From positions 1,920,001-1,984,000 of the forward strand of contig OY970368.1 in the NCBI GenBank assembly GCA_963718615.1: DNA of 64,000 nt. Reading direction: 5' to 3'. Positions within the stretch are counted from its first letter, which is position 1. The number at the start of each line of letters is the position of its first letter. The translations under genes and the position numbers were made by a program. The DNA comes from an uncultured cyanobacterium. Its GTDB lineage: Bacteria; Cyanobacteriota; Cyanobacteriia; PCC-9006; JAAUQQ01. The notes below the pieces were generated by a model that was not told the DNA's origin, did not search any database, and saw only the letters and a program-made list of their open reading frames with translations. Shown here piece by piece: positions 18,427 to 29,124 of the stretch.

Positions 18427-21400
18427 TCAGGACAACGATTGGGCCGGTCGAGCCGCTAGATATTGATACAATTGCCAACGGGTATTGACGTCTGTTTGAG
18501 CCTCTTTGAGGAGTTGTTTTGCGGCATTGGGATTGCTGCGAACGAGCATCTTAAAGCGGTTTTCGCTGTACATGGCTGCTTCGATGGGGAGTTTGGGCGA
18601 TCGCGAATCTAACAGCAGTGGATTTTGCCCAGCATCAGTCCGGCGTGGATCATAGCGATACAATAACCAACGCCCAGATTCAACTGCCATCTTTTGATGT
18701 TCCATCCCCTTTTGCATATCTATTCCATGGGCAATGCAGTGGGAATAAGCAATAATCAGCGAGGGTCCATTGTAGGATTCTGCTTCCAAAAAGGCTCGCA
18801 ATGTATGTTCATCTCTGGCCCCCATGGCAACACTGGCAACGTAAACATTGCCGTAGGTCATCGCCATTAAACCCAGGTCTTTTTTGGGTGCAGGCTTACC
18901 ACCCGCCGCAAATTTGGCCACAGCTCCCCGTGGCGTAGACTTGGACATCTGGCCACCGGTATTGGAGTAAACTTCCGTATCGAGAACCAGAACATTGACA
19001 TTGCGACCACTCGCAAGAACCTGGTCAAGCCCGCCATAGCCAATGTCATAGGCCCAGCCATCTCCGCCAATGATCCAGACGCTTTTCTTGACGAAGTAAT
19101 CGGCCAGGGACTGAAGATTTTGGATTTGATTGCTCAACTGAGGCAGCAGATTAGGACTTTCTAACCATTGCGCTAAAAGATGTTTGAGCTGAATGACGCG
19201 ATCGCGCTGTTCAACAATTTCGGCCTCATCCGTTTGTTCCGCATTAATCAGACCCGCAACTAATCCTGGATCCAGGGGTGACTCTACAGCCTCAGCCAGT
19301 TCGAGCAAGAGAGCGATCGCCTGATGAATATGCTGATCCAAAGCAATCCGAAAACCGAAGCCAAATTCAGCGTTGTCTTCAAAGAGGGAGTTAGACCAAG
19401 CAGGGCCGCGTCCTTCGGCATTTTGGCTCCAGGGCGTTGTGGGTAGGTTGCCGCCGTAGATGGAGGAGCAGCCGGTGGCATTGGCGACGAGCATGCGATC
19501 GCCAAACAGTTGCGTCGCTAATTTAAGATAGGGCGTTTCCCCACAACCCGCACAGGCTCCCGAAAACTCAAACAGGGGTTCCTGCATTTGCTGCTGGCCA
19601 ATCTTGTGCAGATTAAGCTGGGTGCGATCGGGGGTGGGCAGTTGTAGGAAGAAGTCCCAGTTATCTCGTTCTTGCTCTCGCAGGGGGATCTGCGGTTCCA
19701 TGTTGATGGCTTTACGACGGGGTTCTAGCTTATTTTTGGCAGGACAAACTTCAACACAAATCCCACAGCCAGTGCAGTCTTCTGCTGCCACCTGAAGCGT
19801 AAATTTGAGCTCAGACCAAGCATGATCACGGGATTGAGTACTCTTAAAGGTTGCTGGCGCATCCACAAGTTGATCTGCGGTGTAGACTTTCGCGCGAATA
19901 ACGCTATGAGGACAGACCATCACGCATTTTCCACACTGCACACAAACCTCTGGGTCCCAGGCAGGAATTTCGCTAGCGATGTTGCGTTTTTCCCATTGGG
20001 CCGTACCCGTGGGATAGGTGCCATCACAGGGTAGAGCACTGACCGGCAACTGATCGCCATGGCGCGCCATCATCGTCCCTAGCACCTCCCGAACAAAGGC
20101 AGGCGCTTTCTCGCTGACTGGATGTTGGGCCATCCCCTGGGAATGGCTGGTGGCGATCGCTTCTGCAATTTCTAAGTCTTGGATTGGAACTTTGTAGAGA
20201 TGATCGAGGGTTTGATCAACGGCGTTGAGGTTCATCTGGACGATCGCCTCGCCCTTTTTACCGTAGGTTTTGCGGATGGATTGTTTGATTTGGGCGATCG
20301 CGTCCTCCCGAGGCAGCACCCCTGCCAAGGCAAAGAAACAGACTTGCATGACCGTGTTAATTCGACCTTTCATGCCTGCATCTGCTGCAACTCTCGATCC
20401 ATCGATCACATAAACTTGCAACTGTTTAGACTGGATGATTGATCGCAGATGAACAGGAAGTTGCTGCCAGGTTTCCTCTGGACTAAAAGGACTGTTTAAA
20501 AGGAAGATCGCACCGGATTTAGCCAATTCTAAAACTTCATAGTGATCGATAAACTCCCACTGATGACAAGCCACAAAGTTGGCCTGTTGAACGAGATAGG
20601 TAGAACGAATCGGTTCTGGCCCAAAACGCAAGTGGGAAACCGTGACCGATCCAGATTTTTTCGAATCATAAACAAAGTAACCCTGGGCGTAATTTTCAGT
20701 TTCTTCCCCAATAATCTTAATCGAATTTTTGTTTGCACCCACGGTTCCGTCCGATCCCAAACCATAGAAAATGGCTCTAACGACGGAGTCTGGCTCAATG
20801 GTAAACTCAGGATTAAAGGCTAGGGATGTGTGAGAAACATCATCGACAATGCCAATGGTAAAGTGATTCTTGGGTTTAGTCTGAGTCAGATGATCAAAGA
20901 CAGCCTTGACCATAGCAGGGGTAAATTCCTTGGAAGACAGACCATAGCGACCCCCGACAACGCGAATCTCTCGGCGATCGCTTTCCATCAGCGAATTCAC
21001 CACATCTTGATAAAGGGGTTCTCCTAAACTGCCGGGTTCCTTCGTGCGATCGAGCACGGCGATTGCTTGAACGGATGTGGGTAAAGACTCCATAAAAGCC
21101 TGCAAACTCCAAGGCCGATAGAGCCGTACTTTGACCACTCCAATCTTCTCCCCTTGGGTCAAGAGATAATCAACGGTTTCATGCACGGTTTCACAACCGG
21201 AGCCCATCAACACAATGACCCGTTCTGCCTCAGGATGCCCGTGGTAATCGAATAAATGATAGGCTCGACCGGTTAATGCTAAAAACGCATCCATCGCCGT
21301 TTGTACCCGATCTGGGCAATCGGCATAGAAGGGGTTGACCGTTTCTCGGGCTTGAAAATAGACATCGGGATTTTGGGCTGTGCCGCGCAGCACCGGACGA

Positions 21401-22035
21401 TCCGGAGTTAGCGCACGATGACGATGGGCAAAAATCGCGGCAGGATTGATCAGCGATCGCAAATCCTCATCTTCCACCAGTTCAATTTTTTGAACTTCAT
21501 GGGAAGTGCGAAATCCATCAAAGAAATGGAGGAACGGAATGCGAGTCTCGAAGGTGGCACGGGTGGCGATCGCCGCCAAATCTTGGGCCTCTTGCACTGA
21601 CGCCGAGCAGAGCAACGCACAGCCTGTACTGCGAGTTGCCATAACATCACTGTGATCCCCAAAAATCGAAAGGGCTTGGGCGGCTAGCGATCGCGCAGCA
21701 ATGTGAATGGCCATCGGCGTTAACTCTCCCGCAATCTTGTAGAGATTGGGAAGCATCAGCAACAATCCTTGAGATGCTGTAAAGGTTGTCGTTACAGCAC
21801 CCGCCTGTAGGGAACCATGCAGGGCTCCCGCGACCCCACCCTCGCTTTGAAGCTGCACGATTTGAGGCACTGTTCCCCAAAGATTGTGCTGTTGAGCTGT
21901 GGACCAAGCATCGGCCCATTCGGCCATAGGCGAGGAGGGCGTAATCGGATAAATGGCAACCACTTCGTTGAGGCGATAGGCCACCCGAGCCACGGCCTCA
22001 TTGCCATCTAGAGTTGCAAATTTTCGGTCTTTCAT
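18427..22035 (-). CDS. nifJ: Pyruvate:ferredoxin (flavodoxin) oxidoreductase
   Basis: YPITPSS, two 4Fe-4S motifs, GACAGCGE, TPP motif GGDGWAYDIG. Confidence 0.97.
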   Translation of the reverse strand: MKDRKFATLDGNEAVARVAYRLNEVVAIYPITPSSPMAEWADAWSTAQQHNLWGTVPQIVQLQSEGGVAGALHGSLQAGAVTTTFTASQGLLLMLPNLYKIAGELTPMAIHIAARSLAAQALSIFGDHSDVMATRSTGCALLCSASVQEAQDLAAIATRATFETRIPFLHFFDGFRTSHEVQKIELVEDEDLRSLINPAAIFAHRHRALTPDRPVLRGTAQNPDVYFQARETVNPFYADCPDRVQTAMDAFLALTGRAYHLFDYHGHPEAERVIVLMGSGCETVHETVDYLLTQGEKIGVVKVRLYRPWSLQAFMESLPTSVQAIAVLDRTKEPGSLGEPLYQDVVNSLMESDRREIRVVGGRYGLSSKEFTPAMVKAVFDHLTQTKPKNHFTIGIVDDVSHTSLAFNPEFTIEPDSVVRAIFYGLGSDGTVGANKNSIKIIGEETENYAQGYFVYDSKKSGSVTVSHLRFGPEPIRSTYLVQQANFVACHQWEFIDHYEVLELAKSGAIFLLNSPFSPEETWQQLPVHLRSIIQSKQLQVYVIDGSRVAADAGMKGRINTVMQVCFFALAGVLPREDAIAQIKQSIRKTYGKKGEAIVQMNLNAVDQTLDHLYKVPIQDLEIAEAIATSHSQGMAQHPVSEKAPAFVREVLGTMMARHGDQLPVSALPCDGTYPTGTAQWEKRNIASEIPAWDPEVCVQCGKCVMVCPHSVIRAKVYTADQLVDAPATFKSTQSRDHAWSELKFTLQVAAEDCTGCGICVEVCPAKNKLEPRRKAINMEPQIPLREQERDNWDFFLQLPTPDRTQLNLHKIGQQQMQEPLFEFSGACAGCGETPYLKLATQLFGDRMLVANATGCSSIYGGNLPTTPWSQNAEGRGPAWSNSLFEDNAEFGFGFRIALDQHIHQAIALLLELAEAVESPLDPGLVAGLINAEQTDEAEIVEQRDRVIQLKHLLAQWLESPNLLPQLSNQIQNLQSLADYFVKKSVWIIGGDGWAYDIGYGGLDQVLASGRNVNVLVLDTEVYSNTGGQMSKSTPRGAVAKFAAGGKPAPKKDLGLMAMTYGNVYVASVAMGARDEHTLRAFLEAESYNGPSLIIAYSHCIAHGIDMQKGMEHQKMAVESGRWLLYRYDPRRTDAGQNPLLLDSRSPKLPIEAAMYSENRFKMLVRSNPNAAKQLLKEAQTDVNTRWQLYQYLAARPAQSLS

Positions 22036-22286
22036 GATGACAACGCCTCCAGTTGATTGAGTTCTTGTAAGGTTTGTTGAGCTTCGGCCTCATCCAAAAT
22101 ACTGAGGGCAAACCCCACATGGACAATGACGTAGTCCCCCACAACGGCTTCAGGTACATAGGCAAGGCTAATTTCCTTAGCAATTCCCCCAAATTTAACT
22201 TTGCCTGTGCGATACAAAGCGCTGTCCGGCTGATGGGATGGAGGCTCGTTAATGCTAATAATTTGGCCAGGAACCGCTAAACACAT
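22032..22286 (-). CDS. hypC: Hydrogenase chaperone HypC
   Basis: MCLAVPG start and GDYVIVHVGFA. Confidence 0.96.
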   Translation of the reverse strand: MCLAVPGQIISINEPPSHQPDSALYRTGKVKFGGIAKEISLAYVPEAVVGDYVIVHVGFALSILDEAEAQQTLQELNQLEALSS

Positions 22287-24643
22287 GCAACACCTCCACC
22301 ATCAAGTTTCCAGGCTGCCCCTAGGATCTGTCCTACAGCCAAACCCCCATCATTACTGGGAATTTGCTGATGCCAATGGGGTTGAAATCCGGCGCTGCGA
22401 AGACGTTTAATAGATCGCGCCAGTAAGTAGCGGTTTTGAAAACAACCTCCCGTTAAGACAATCTGAGAAATGTCAAGATGCTGGGCGATCGCTACGATCA
22501 TCTCCACCAAAGTGTTATGAAACTTCGCCGAAACGACCCCTAATGGCTGTCGATAATCAGCCAAAATTGCAGTTAGCATCGGTTCCCAATCCAGTACCAG
22601 AACGTTATTCTGATGCATTGCTTGGTAGGGATAAAATTCTGTTGTATTGATATCGGTCGCAATCTTCTCTAGTTGCATTGCAGCCTCTCCCTCAAAACTG
22701 GAATATTGGCAAAGATTCAGGAGCGCTGCGATCCCATCAAATAAACGGCCAACACTGGACGTTAACGGTGAATTTATCCCTTGCTTTAACATCATTTTAA
22801 TTAACTTTAGTTCTTGGAATTGAAATGCATTTTTTAGGACGGGAGCTGCTTGGTCTAAGTCATCAAACAAGGCTTCTCCCAGAACAGCGTAGAGCAATCC
22901 CAAGGCTACGCGACGGGGCTCACGGGCAGCGCGATCCCCCCCTGGCAATGGAAAGGGCCGGAAATGAGCAACGCGCTCAAAGTCGGGTTGGCGACTGTTA
23001 ATCACTAAAAACTCGCCTCCCCAGGAAGTCCTATCGGCTCCATGTCCCGTACCATCCCACGCAATGCCGAGAACGGGTGGGTCTAAGGCATGCTCCACCA
23101 TTCCAGCTAAGACGTGGGCATGGTGATGTTGGATTGGCAACAATGGTATCTGCATTCGTTGACTCAGCACCTGGGCGACTTGGGTTGAAGCATAGTCTGG
23201 ATGTTGGTCGCAGGCGATCGCAATAGGTTGTGCAGCGTACAGATTGAGGAGCTGAGCGATTGTGGTCTGAAAACGATTGGCGGTTTTCACGTCATTCAGA
23301 TCTCCTAGATACTGGCTTAGAACGATGCGCCCCTGTACCGACAGCGCTATGGTATTTTTCAACTGTCCGCCTAAAGCTAAAATGCAGGGCAACGGTGCTG
23401 CCTGCCCATCTGGAATTGGGAACGGTGCATAGCCCCGTGCCCGTCGGAGAAACATAGGGCGATGGTGAATCACCCGAACTACGGAATCATCAACGGGGCG
23501 AACGATGGGACGATTATGTAGGAGAAAAACATCGGCGATCGCCTCCAATTCCTGCATCGCTTCGGCATTATCAATACAAATGGGAGCCTGGGCTCGATTA
23601 CCGCTCGTGGCGACAATTGGGCAGTCTAGTTCGGCCAACAATAGATGATGGAGGGGAGTATAGGGAAGCATCACGCCAATTGTAGATTGATGCGGTGCAA
23701 CCGTCGATGCCCATGGAATTTTAGAATCTAAGCGGGGAGTCAATAAAACAATCGGAGCCGCAGCAGAAGTGAGCAACTCGGCTTCAAGGATGGAAACCTG
23801 ACAGTCTCGCTGAACAGCCTCCAAGCTAGGATACATGACGGCAAAGGGCTTCGTGGGGCGATGTTTGCGATCGCGTAGTCGTTGCACTGCCTCCGGATTA
23901 CGGGCATCCACCATCAGATGAAATCCACCTAAGCCTTTGAGGGCGACAATTTGGCCTTGGCGAATGCGATCACCAACCTGCTGCATTAAAGTAGCTGTAG
24001 AATCAGCCTGGAGATGATGCCCTTTGGCATCCCAAAGTTCTAGCTGGGGACCACAGGTCGGACAGGCATTGGGTTGGGCATGAAATCGTCGATTGATCGG
24101 TTCGTTGTACTCCTTCTGGCAGGTTGGACAGAGGTTGAATTTCCCCATGGTCGTGTTAGGACGATCGTAGGGCAAGGCAGTCAAAATGCTATAGCGAGGC
24201 CCACAGTGAGTACAGTTCGTAAAGGGGTATTGATAACGTCGATTTTGAGGATCAAAGAGATCAATTAAACAATCAGAGCAGGTCGCCAAGTCGGGGAGAA
24301 TCCAAGCGGATTTTGGGTGAAAATTTTGAGACTGATGAAATTGGGAATGATGAATTTCAAAGCACTTATAGCCATAGGGGGGCAGTGTCCGAGTTTGAAG
24401 CTGAATAAAGCTCGAATAGGGAGGGCGATCGCCCTCTAACCGTTCCATAAAGATCGCTAGTTTTACCGGATTACCTTCCACCTCGATCTCGACACCGCGA
24501 TCGCTGTTACAAACCCATCCACTCAACTCCAGCTCTGTCGCTAAACGATAGACAAAAGGCCGAAAGCCAACCCCCTGAACCATGCCTTGAATCATCAGGT
24601 GAAGCCGATGCTGGGACGTAAGCTGGGGAGGCGTCGAGATCAT
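22277..24643 (-). CDS. hypF: Carbamoyltransferase HypF
   Basis: GMVQGVGFRP acylphosphatase domain, CxxC zinc fingers, QHHHAH, NDGGLAVGQ. Confidence 0.96.
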   Translation of the reverse strand: MISTPPQLTSQHRLHLMIQGMVQGVGFRPFVYRLATELELSGWVCNSDRGVEIEVEGNPVKLAIFMERLEGDRPPYSSFIQLQTRTLPPYGYKCFEIHHSQFHQSQNFHPKSAWILPDLATCSDCLIDLFDPQNRRYQYPFTNCTHCGPRYSILTALPYDRPNTTMGKFNLCPTCQKEYNEPINRRFHAQPNACPTCGPQLELWDAKGHHLQADSTATLMQQVGDRIRQGQIVALKGLGGFHLMVDARNPEAVQRLRDRKHRPTKPFAVMYPSLEAVQRDCQVSILEAELLTSAAAPIVLLTPRLDSKIPWASTVAPHQSTIGVMLPYTPLHHLLLAELDCPIVATSGNRAQAPICIDNAEAMQELEAIADVFLLHNRPIVRPVDDSVVRVIHHRPMFLRRARGYAPFPIPDGQAAPLPCILALGGQLKNTIALSVQGRIVLSQYLGDLNDVKTANRFQTTIAQLLNLYAAQPIAIACDQHPDYASTQVAQVLSQRMQIPLLPIQHHHAHVLAGMVEHALDPPVLGIAWDGTGHGADRTSWGGEFLVINSRQPDFERVAHFRPFPLPGGDRAAREPRRVALGLLYAVLGEALFDDLDQAAPVLKNAFQFQELKLIKMMLKQGINSPLTSSVGRLFDGIAALLNLCQYSSFEGEAAMQLEKIATDINTTEFYPYQAMHQNNVLVLDWEPMLTAILADYRQPLGVVSAKFHNTLVEMIVAIAQHLDISQIVLTGGCFQNRYLLARSIKRLRSAGFQPHWHQQIPSNDGGLAVGQILGAAWKLDGGGVACV

Positions 24644-25497
24644 TGGAATGCTTCCTCCAGCGGGAGCGCTTGCGCCAATAAACTTTGGGCCTGCAAACTT
24701 TGGGCTTCTAACTGTCGAACCTGCGAAGGTCGAGCCTGCAAGCGTTGCGCTTGCAAAAATGCTAGCCAGGAGGCCATCCCCATGCCGGTTCGTGCAGAGA
24801 GTTCAAAGATCTGAGCCTTGGGTGCCATGTGTTGGATATTAGCGATCGCAGACGCCCGATCAAATCCAACCACTTCCGCAATATCCATTTTGGTCAGAAC
24901 AACAACATCGGCGGATTGAAATGCAGTTGGGTATTTGAGCGGTTTGTCTTCGCCTTCAGTGACAGATAGGAGGACAACTCGTAGAGCTTCACCGAGATCA
25001 TAGGCAGCAGGACAAACCAAGTTTCCTACATTTTCAATAATCAGGATTTCTAGTGACTCTAGAGCTAAATGAGCTAACCCATGGGCAATGGTATCAGCCT
25101 CTAGATGGCAAGTTGTTCCTGTCGTGATCTGTAGGGCCGTCGCACCTGCTAGTCGTAATCGCTGAGCATCATTTTCAGTCGCCAAGTCACCCACAATCAC
25201 ACCGATTTTTGGCGCTTGATTCCAGCTCTTTGCTGTTTGTTCAATGAGGCTTGTTTTCCCTGAACCGGGAGAGGAGAGAATATTTAAGGTCAATAACCCT
25301 AGGGCTTCGAGGCGATCGCGATTTTGTTGGGCAAAGCGATCGTTCTTGGCTAATAAGCTTGTATGAATATTCAGGGTCTGAGTTTGATGGGGTTCGGTTA
25401 GATGCTCGATAAAGAGGGGAGAGTGATGATGATCTGGCTCCGTAGAGACATGCAGCACAGCTGCATCGATTGGTCCACATCCGCAGTTACTACACAT
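24640..25497 (-). CDS. hypB: Hydrogenase nickel incorporation GTPase HypB
   Basis: MCSNCGC, SSPGSGKT, CHLEA, ENVGNLVCP, EGEDKPLKYP. Confidence 0.96.
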   Translation of the reverse strand: MCSNCGCGPIDAAVLHVSTEPDHHHSPLFIEHLTEPHQTQTLNIHTSLLAKNDRFAQQNRDRLEALGLLTLNILSSPGSGKTSLIEQTAKSWNQAPKIGVIVGDLATENDAQRLRLAGATALQITTGTTCHLEADTIAHGLAHLALESLEILIIENVGNLVCPAAYDLGEALRVVLLSVTEGEDKPLKYPTAFQSADVVVLTKMDIAEVVGFDRASAIANIQHMAPKAQIFELSARTGMGMASWLAFLQAQRLQARPSQVRQLEAQSLQAQSLLAQALPLEEAFQ

Positions 25498-25838
25498 TAG
25501 GACACCTCCAAAGCGGCGAGTTCGAGTTCACGACCTTGCAAAATCTCGCGGCTCCAAGTTTGACAATAGGGACATTCATAACCGAAATCAATGGGCTCAA
25601 ATTCCGTCCGGCAAGCGGTGCAGTAGCAGCGGGTTGGATAGGTTTCAATCTCTAATTGAGCGGTTTCAGCGATTGTATTTCGAGTAACCACATCAAAGGC
25701 AAATCGCAGGGCATTGGGTTCTACTCCAGAACAAGTTCCAACTCGCAACGTCATTTTATGGATACGATTAGCTTGATTTCGCTTAGCATAGTTGAGTGCG
25801 ATCGCCAAAGCATTTTCCATCAATCCCACTTCATGCAT
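25497..25838 (-). CDS. hypA: Hydrogenase nickel metallochaperone HypA
   Basis: MHE start and two CxxC motifs. Confidence 0.96.
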   Translation of the reverse strand: MHEVGLMENALAIALNYAKRNQANRIHKMTLRVGTCSGVEPNALRFAFDVVTRNTIAETAQLEIETYPTRCYCTACRTEFEPIDFGYECPYCQTWSREILQGRELELAALEVS

Positions 25839-26280
25839 GGCAATTTACCTCCGCATCCATTGAAAGGTGAATGGTTTGGACCGCCCAATCAATGGCCTCC
25901 TGAGCGATGGCGGAAGGAGCCTGTCCATATTCAAACTGAATTGCTGGAATTAACAAGTGATAGGCCCCAACGATTTGGGCATGATAGAGAGTCTTTGCCA
26001 AGGACAATAAAACACCAGGATGCCAATTATGATCTAGGGTGGGTCTTGTTGTTTCAAGATCTAATCTCTGCATCACAGGTTGCGTACCGCCAATCCAGGC
26101 ATCTACAAACCAAATAACTTCTGTGGTTGCAATTTCAGCGGCCAGTTCTGGTGTGAGCTGATGCACTGCGAGCGATCGCACATTCGCCAATTTCAACGTA
26201 GCAATTTGATCCGCTACCATGGGACCGACAGCATCATCTCCTCGTAAGGTATTACCATAGCCAATGACAAGCGTTTTCAT
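25831..26280 (-). CDS. hoxW: Hydrogenase maturation protease HoxW
   Basis: [14 protein letters not shown] and HQLTPEL; directly after hoxH. Confidence 0.92.
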   Translation of the reverse strand: MKTLVIGYGNTLRGDDAVGPMVADQIATLKLANVRSLAVHQLTPELAAEIATTEVIWFVDAWIGGTQPVMQRLDLETTRPTLDHNWHPGVLLSLAKTLYHAQIVGAYHLLIPAIQFEYGQAPSAIAQEAIDWAVQTIHLSMDAEVNCHA

Positions 26281-27701
26281 CGGTAAACCTCATCTAGGAG
26301 ATGACCATCTGCGGCAACAAGCTGAAGATGGAGCGGCATCTGCCCAGCCGCATGGGTTGAACAGGAGAGACAGGGATCAAAACAGCGGATTCCAGCTTCA
26401 ACTCGATTTAGAAATCCCTCTGGAATTTCATTACTATGAATATAATGCTTGGCAATTTGGGCTACGGTTTTGTTCATAGCCAAATTATTTTGGCCTGTGG
26501 CAATAATTAAATTTACTTTTTCAATTAGCCCATTTTCGTCAACTTGATAGTGGTGAAAGAGTGTTCCGCGTGGTGCCTCGCTGACTCCAACGGCATTCAG
26601 TTGATTAACTCCGCCATGGGATCGACAACGGGAAGATAAAACATCTGGATCATCGACCAGGGCTTGAATTTTTTCTAGACAAGCTAAAATTTCAATCAGT
26701 CGAGCATAATGGTACAAGAATGAGGAGTTAGCAACCCCGCCTGTGCGATCGCGAAGCTCCTGTAATTCTCGATCGGCTGCATCTGTTCCTATACGATTGC
26801 AGACGTTTAAGCGAGCCAGGGGACCCACACGATAGATCCCGTCAGGGTATCCTAGGGGTTGATAATAGGGAAATTTAAGATAGGACCAAGGTTCAACGGC
26901 TTCGCCTAAGAAACTCTGATAATCGTCTTCACTTAAGCCATCAGCGACGATATCGCCGTTGCTATCGGTAAAACGCAAGTGGCCATCGTAATGCTCCCAA
27001 TCTCCATTAGGCGTCACTAAGCCCATATAAAGGGAGGGAAATTGGCCAAAAATATTAATCTCGTCTTTGAGGGAATCATCGAGCATATCTTTGAAAAGAT
27101 CTAGGGCTAGCCGAATGGTCTCAAAAGCTTCTGGTAGCCGGTCAATAATCCATTGGCGACCCTCTTGGGAAAGGGGCGATCGCACTCCACCCGGAACAGT
27201 CCAAGCTGCATGAATTTTTCGAGCGCCCAGTAACTCAATGATCGTTTGTCCAAATTGTCGTAACCGGATTCCAGCCCTTGCTAAATCCGGATTAGCAGCG
27301 ATTAAACCAAACACATTGCGAGTGGCAGGATCACTATCCCAGCCCAGAAGAAAATCAGGGCTGCTAAGGTGAAAAAACGATAGCGCATGGGATTGAGTGA
27401 TCTGAGCTAAGTTCATCATCCGTCGCAGCTTATCTGCTGCGGGAGGGATTTGAACCGATAAAATTTTATCTCCAGTTTTAGCAGAAGCGATCAGATGGCT
27501 TACAGGGCAGATTCCACAAATTCGAGCCGTGATTCCAGCCATTTCTGTGAAGGGACGACCCTCACAAAATTTTTCAAAACCTCGATACTCTACGACATGA
27601 AATCGAGCATCTTGAACTGCCCCTGCTTCATCTAGAAAGATAGAGATCTTTGCATGTCCCTCAATTCGAGTCACCGGATCAATCACAATTGTTCTGGTCA
27701 T
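26277..27701 (-). CDS. hoxH: Bidirectional [NiFe]-hydrogenase large subunit
   Basis: TRIEGH, L1 motif RICGICP, L2 motif DPCLSCSTH followed by a cleavable tail. Confidence 0.97.
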   Translation of the reverse strand: MTRTIVIDPVTRIEGHAKISIFLDEAGAVQDARFHVVEYRGFEKFCEGRPFTEMAGITARICGICPVSHLIASAKTGDKILSVQIPPAADKLRRMMNLAQITQSHALSFFHLSSPDFLLGWDSDPATRNVFGLIAANPDLARAGIRLRQFGQTIIELLGARKIHAAWTVPGGVRSPLSQEGRQWIIDRLPEAFETIRLALDLFKDMLDDSLKDEINIFGQFPSLYMGLVTPNGDWEHYDGHLRFTDSNGDIVADGLSEDDYQSFLGEAVEPWSYLKFPYYQPLGYPDGIYRVGPLARLNVCNRIGTDAADRELQELRDRTGGVANSSFLYHYARLIEILACLEKIQALVDDPDVLSSRCRSHGGVNQLNAVGVSEAPRGTLFHHYQVDENGLIEKVNLIIATGQNNLAMNKTVAQIAKHYIHSNEIPEGFLNRVEAGIRCFDPCLSCSTHAAGQMPLHLQLVAADGHLLDEVYR

Positions 27702-27777
27702 GGCCTCCTCTTCTCACCCCCTTAAATCAACTGAATTAATATCTCTTGATTGATCAAACTTGATTGATCAATCTTGA

Positions 27778-28326
27778 TTAGCCGAACTTAATCATGTCGC
27801 GACCTTCCATCACAGGCATTTCTCCCCGCAGTAACGGCTCCAGCGTCGCCCGTATCCGATCCGCAGGGGGTGGACATCCTGGCATGTAAATCTCTACGGT
27901 CACAACCTCATGAACTGGAAGAACCTGATCTAACAACTCAGGAACAATCCCCGGTTCATGGGGTAACTGGGGTGTATGTTCTGCGAGTTCTAGATAACCA
28001 CGCTTGAGCACAGAATCTGAGCCTCCCAACATATTACGCATAGCAGGTACATTGGCGGTCACCGCACAATCCCCAAAGGAAATCAATGTTTTTGTGTTTT
28101 TTCGAACCTGCTTGAGAAGCTCTAGATTGTCCTCATTGGCGACACCCCCTTCGACTAAACAAACATCGACATTTTCAGGATATGCTTTTATATCTGAGGC
28201 CACCGGACTATACACAACTTCGACCTGCTGTGCCAACTCAATCAGCCATTCATCTAAGTCTAGAAATGACATATGACAGCCAGAACATCCGGCCAACCAG
28301 ACCGTCGCAAATCTTATCTTGACCAT
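27778..28326 (-). CDS. hoxY: Bidirectional hydrogenase small subunit
   Basis: GCSGCHMS, GDCAV, PGCPP. Confidence 0.96.
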   Translation of the reverse strand: MVKIRFATVWLAGCSGCHMSFLDLDEWLIELAQQVEVVYSPVASDIKAYPENVDVCLVEGGVANEDNLELLKQVRKNTKTLISFGDCAVTANVPAMRNMLGGSDSVLKRGYLELAEHTPQLPHEPGIVPELLDQVLPVHEVVTVEIYMPGCPPPADRIRATLEPLLRGEMPVMEGRDMIKFG

Positions 28327-29030
28327 TGTTGCTTCTCCCGTGCGGTGACTAAAAAGGCTAACTTGTCGCGATCGCGTTCTTTCTCTCCGGTGGTTTCACT
28401 TTTCCGGAAGATCGCTCCAGTTGGGCAAGCATCAACACATTTCCCACAGGCCGTACAGGCTGAGACCTCTCCCCAGGGCTGATTTAATCCAGATACGATA
28501 TAGCAGTCTGGTCCTCGCTGGGCCACATCCCAAACATGAGCCCCTTCAATCTCATCACAGACTCGAACGCAGCGAGTACATAAAATACAACGGTTATGAT
28601 CGATCCCAAAGCGGGTATGGGAAACATCTACGGATCGGTCCGGAAATCGATAGGAAAAGCGAGAATGATCCATCCCAACGGCGATCGCCATATCCTGTAA
28701 TTCACAGTTACCGTTAGCAACGCAGACGGAACACACATGATTTCCTTCTGCAAACAGGAGTTCGACGGTCATGCGACGGTAGTCTTGTAACTTAGCCGTA
28801 TTGGTTTGAACTTCCATCCCTTCAGAAACTGCGGTTACACAGGCAGGCAGAAGTTTCTGGGTTCCTTTGACTTCCACTAAGCAAAGACGACAAGCTCCTA
28901 CATCTGAAACTCCATCGAGGTGACACAGGGTTGGAATGACAACTCCAGCTTCCTGCGCAGCCTGTAAAATGGTTGAGCCTTCTTCAATGGCAATATCAAT
29001 GTTGTTGATTTTAAGCGTTTTAACCGACAT
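28314..29030 (-). CDS. hoxU: Bidirectional hydrogenase diaphorase subunit HoxU
   Basis: IPTLC..GACRLC, HVCSVC, CILCTRC and CTACGKCVDACP Fe-S motifs. Confidence 0.96.
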   Translation of the reverse strand: MSVKTLKINNIDIAIEEGSTILQAAQEAGVVIPTLCHLDGVSDVGACRLCLVEVKGTQKLLPACVTAVSEGMEVQTNTAKLQDYRRMTVELLFAEGNHVCSVCVANGNCELQDMAIAVGMDHSRFSYRFPDRSVDVSHTRFGIDHNRCILCTRCVRVCDEIEGAHVWDVAQRGPDCYIVSGLNQPWGEVSACTACGKCVDACPTGAIFRKSETTGEKERDRDKLAFLVTAREKQQWSR

Positions 29031-29124
29031 TTCAACTCCTTTTTCCCTGTAGACTCAATTCCCCATTAACCCGAGTGAGAAAACTGCTTGACTAAACTGT
29101 CTAACTAATTGCTAAACTCAATTG

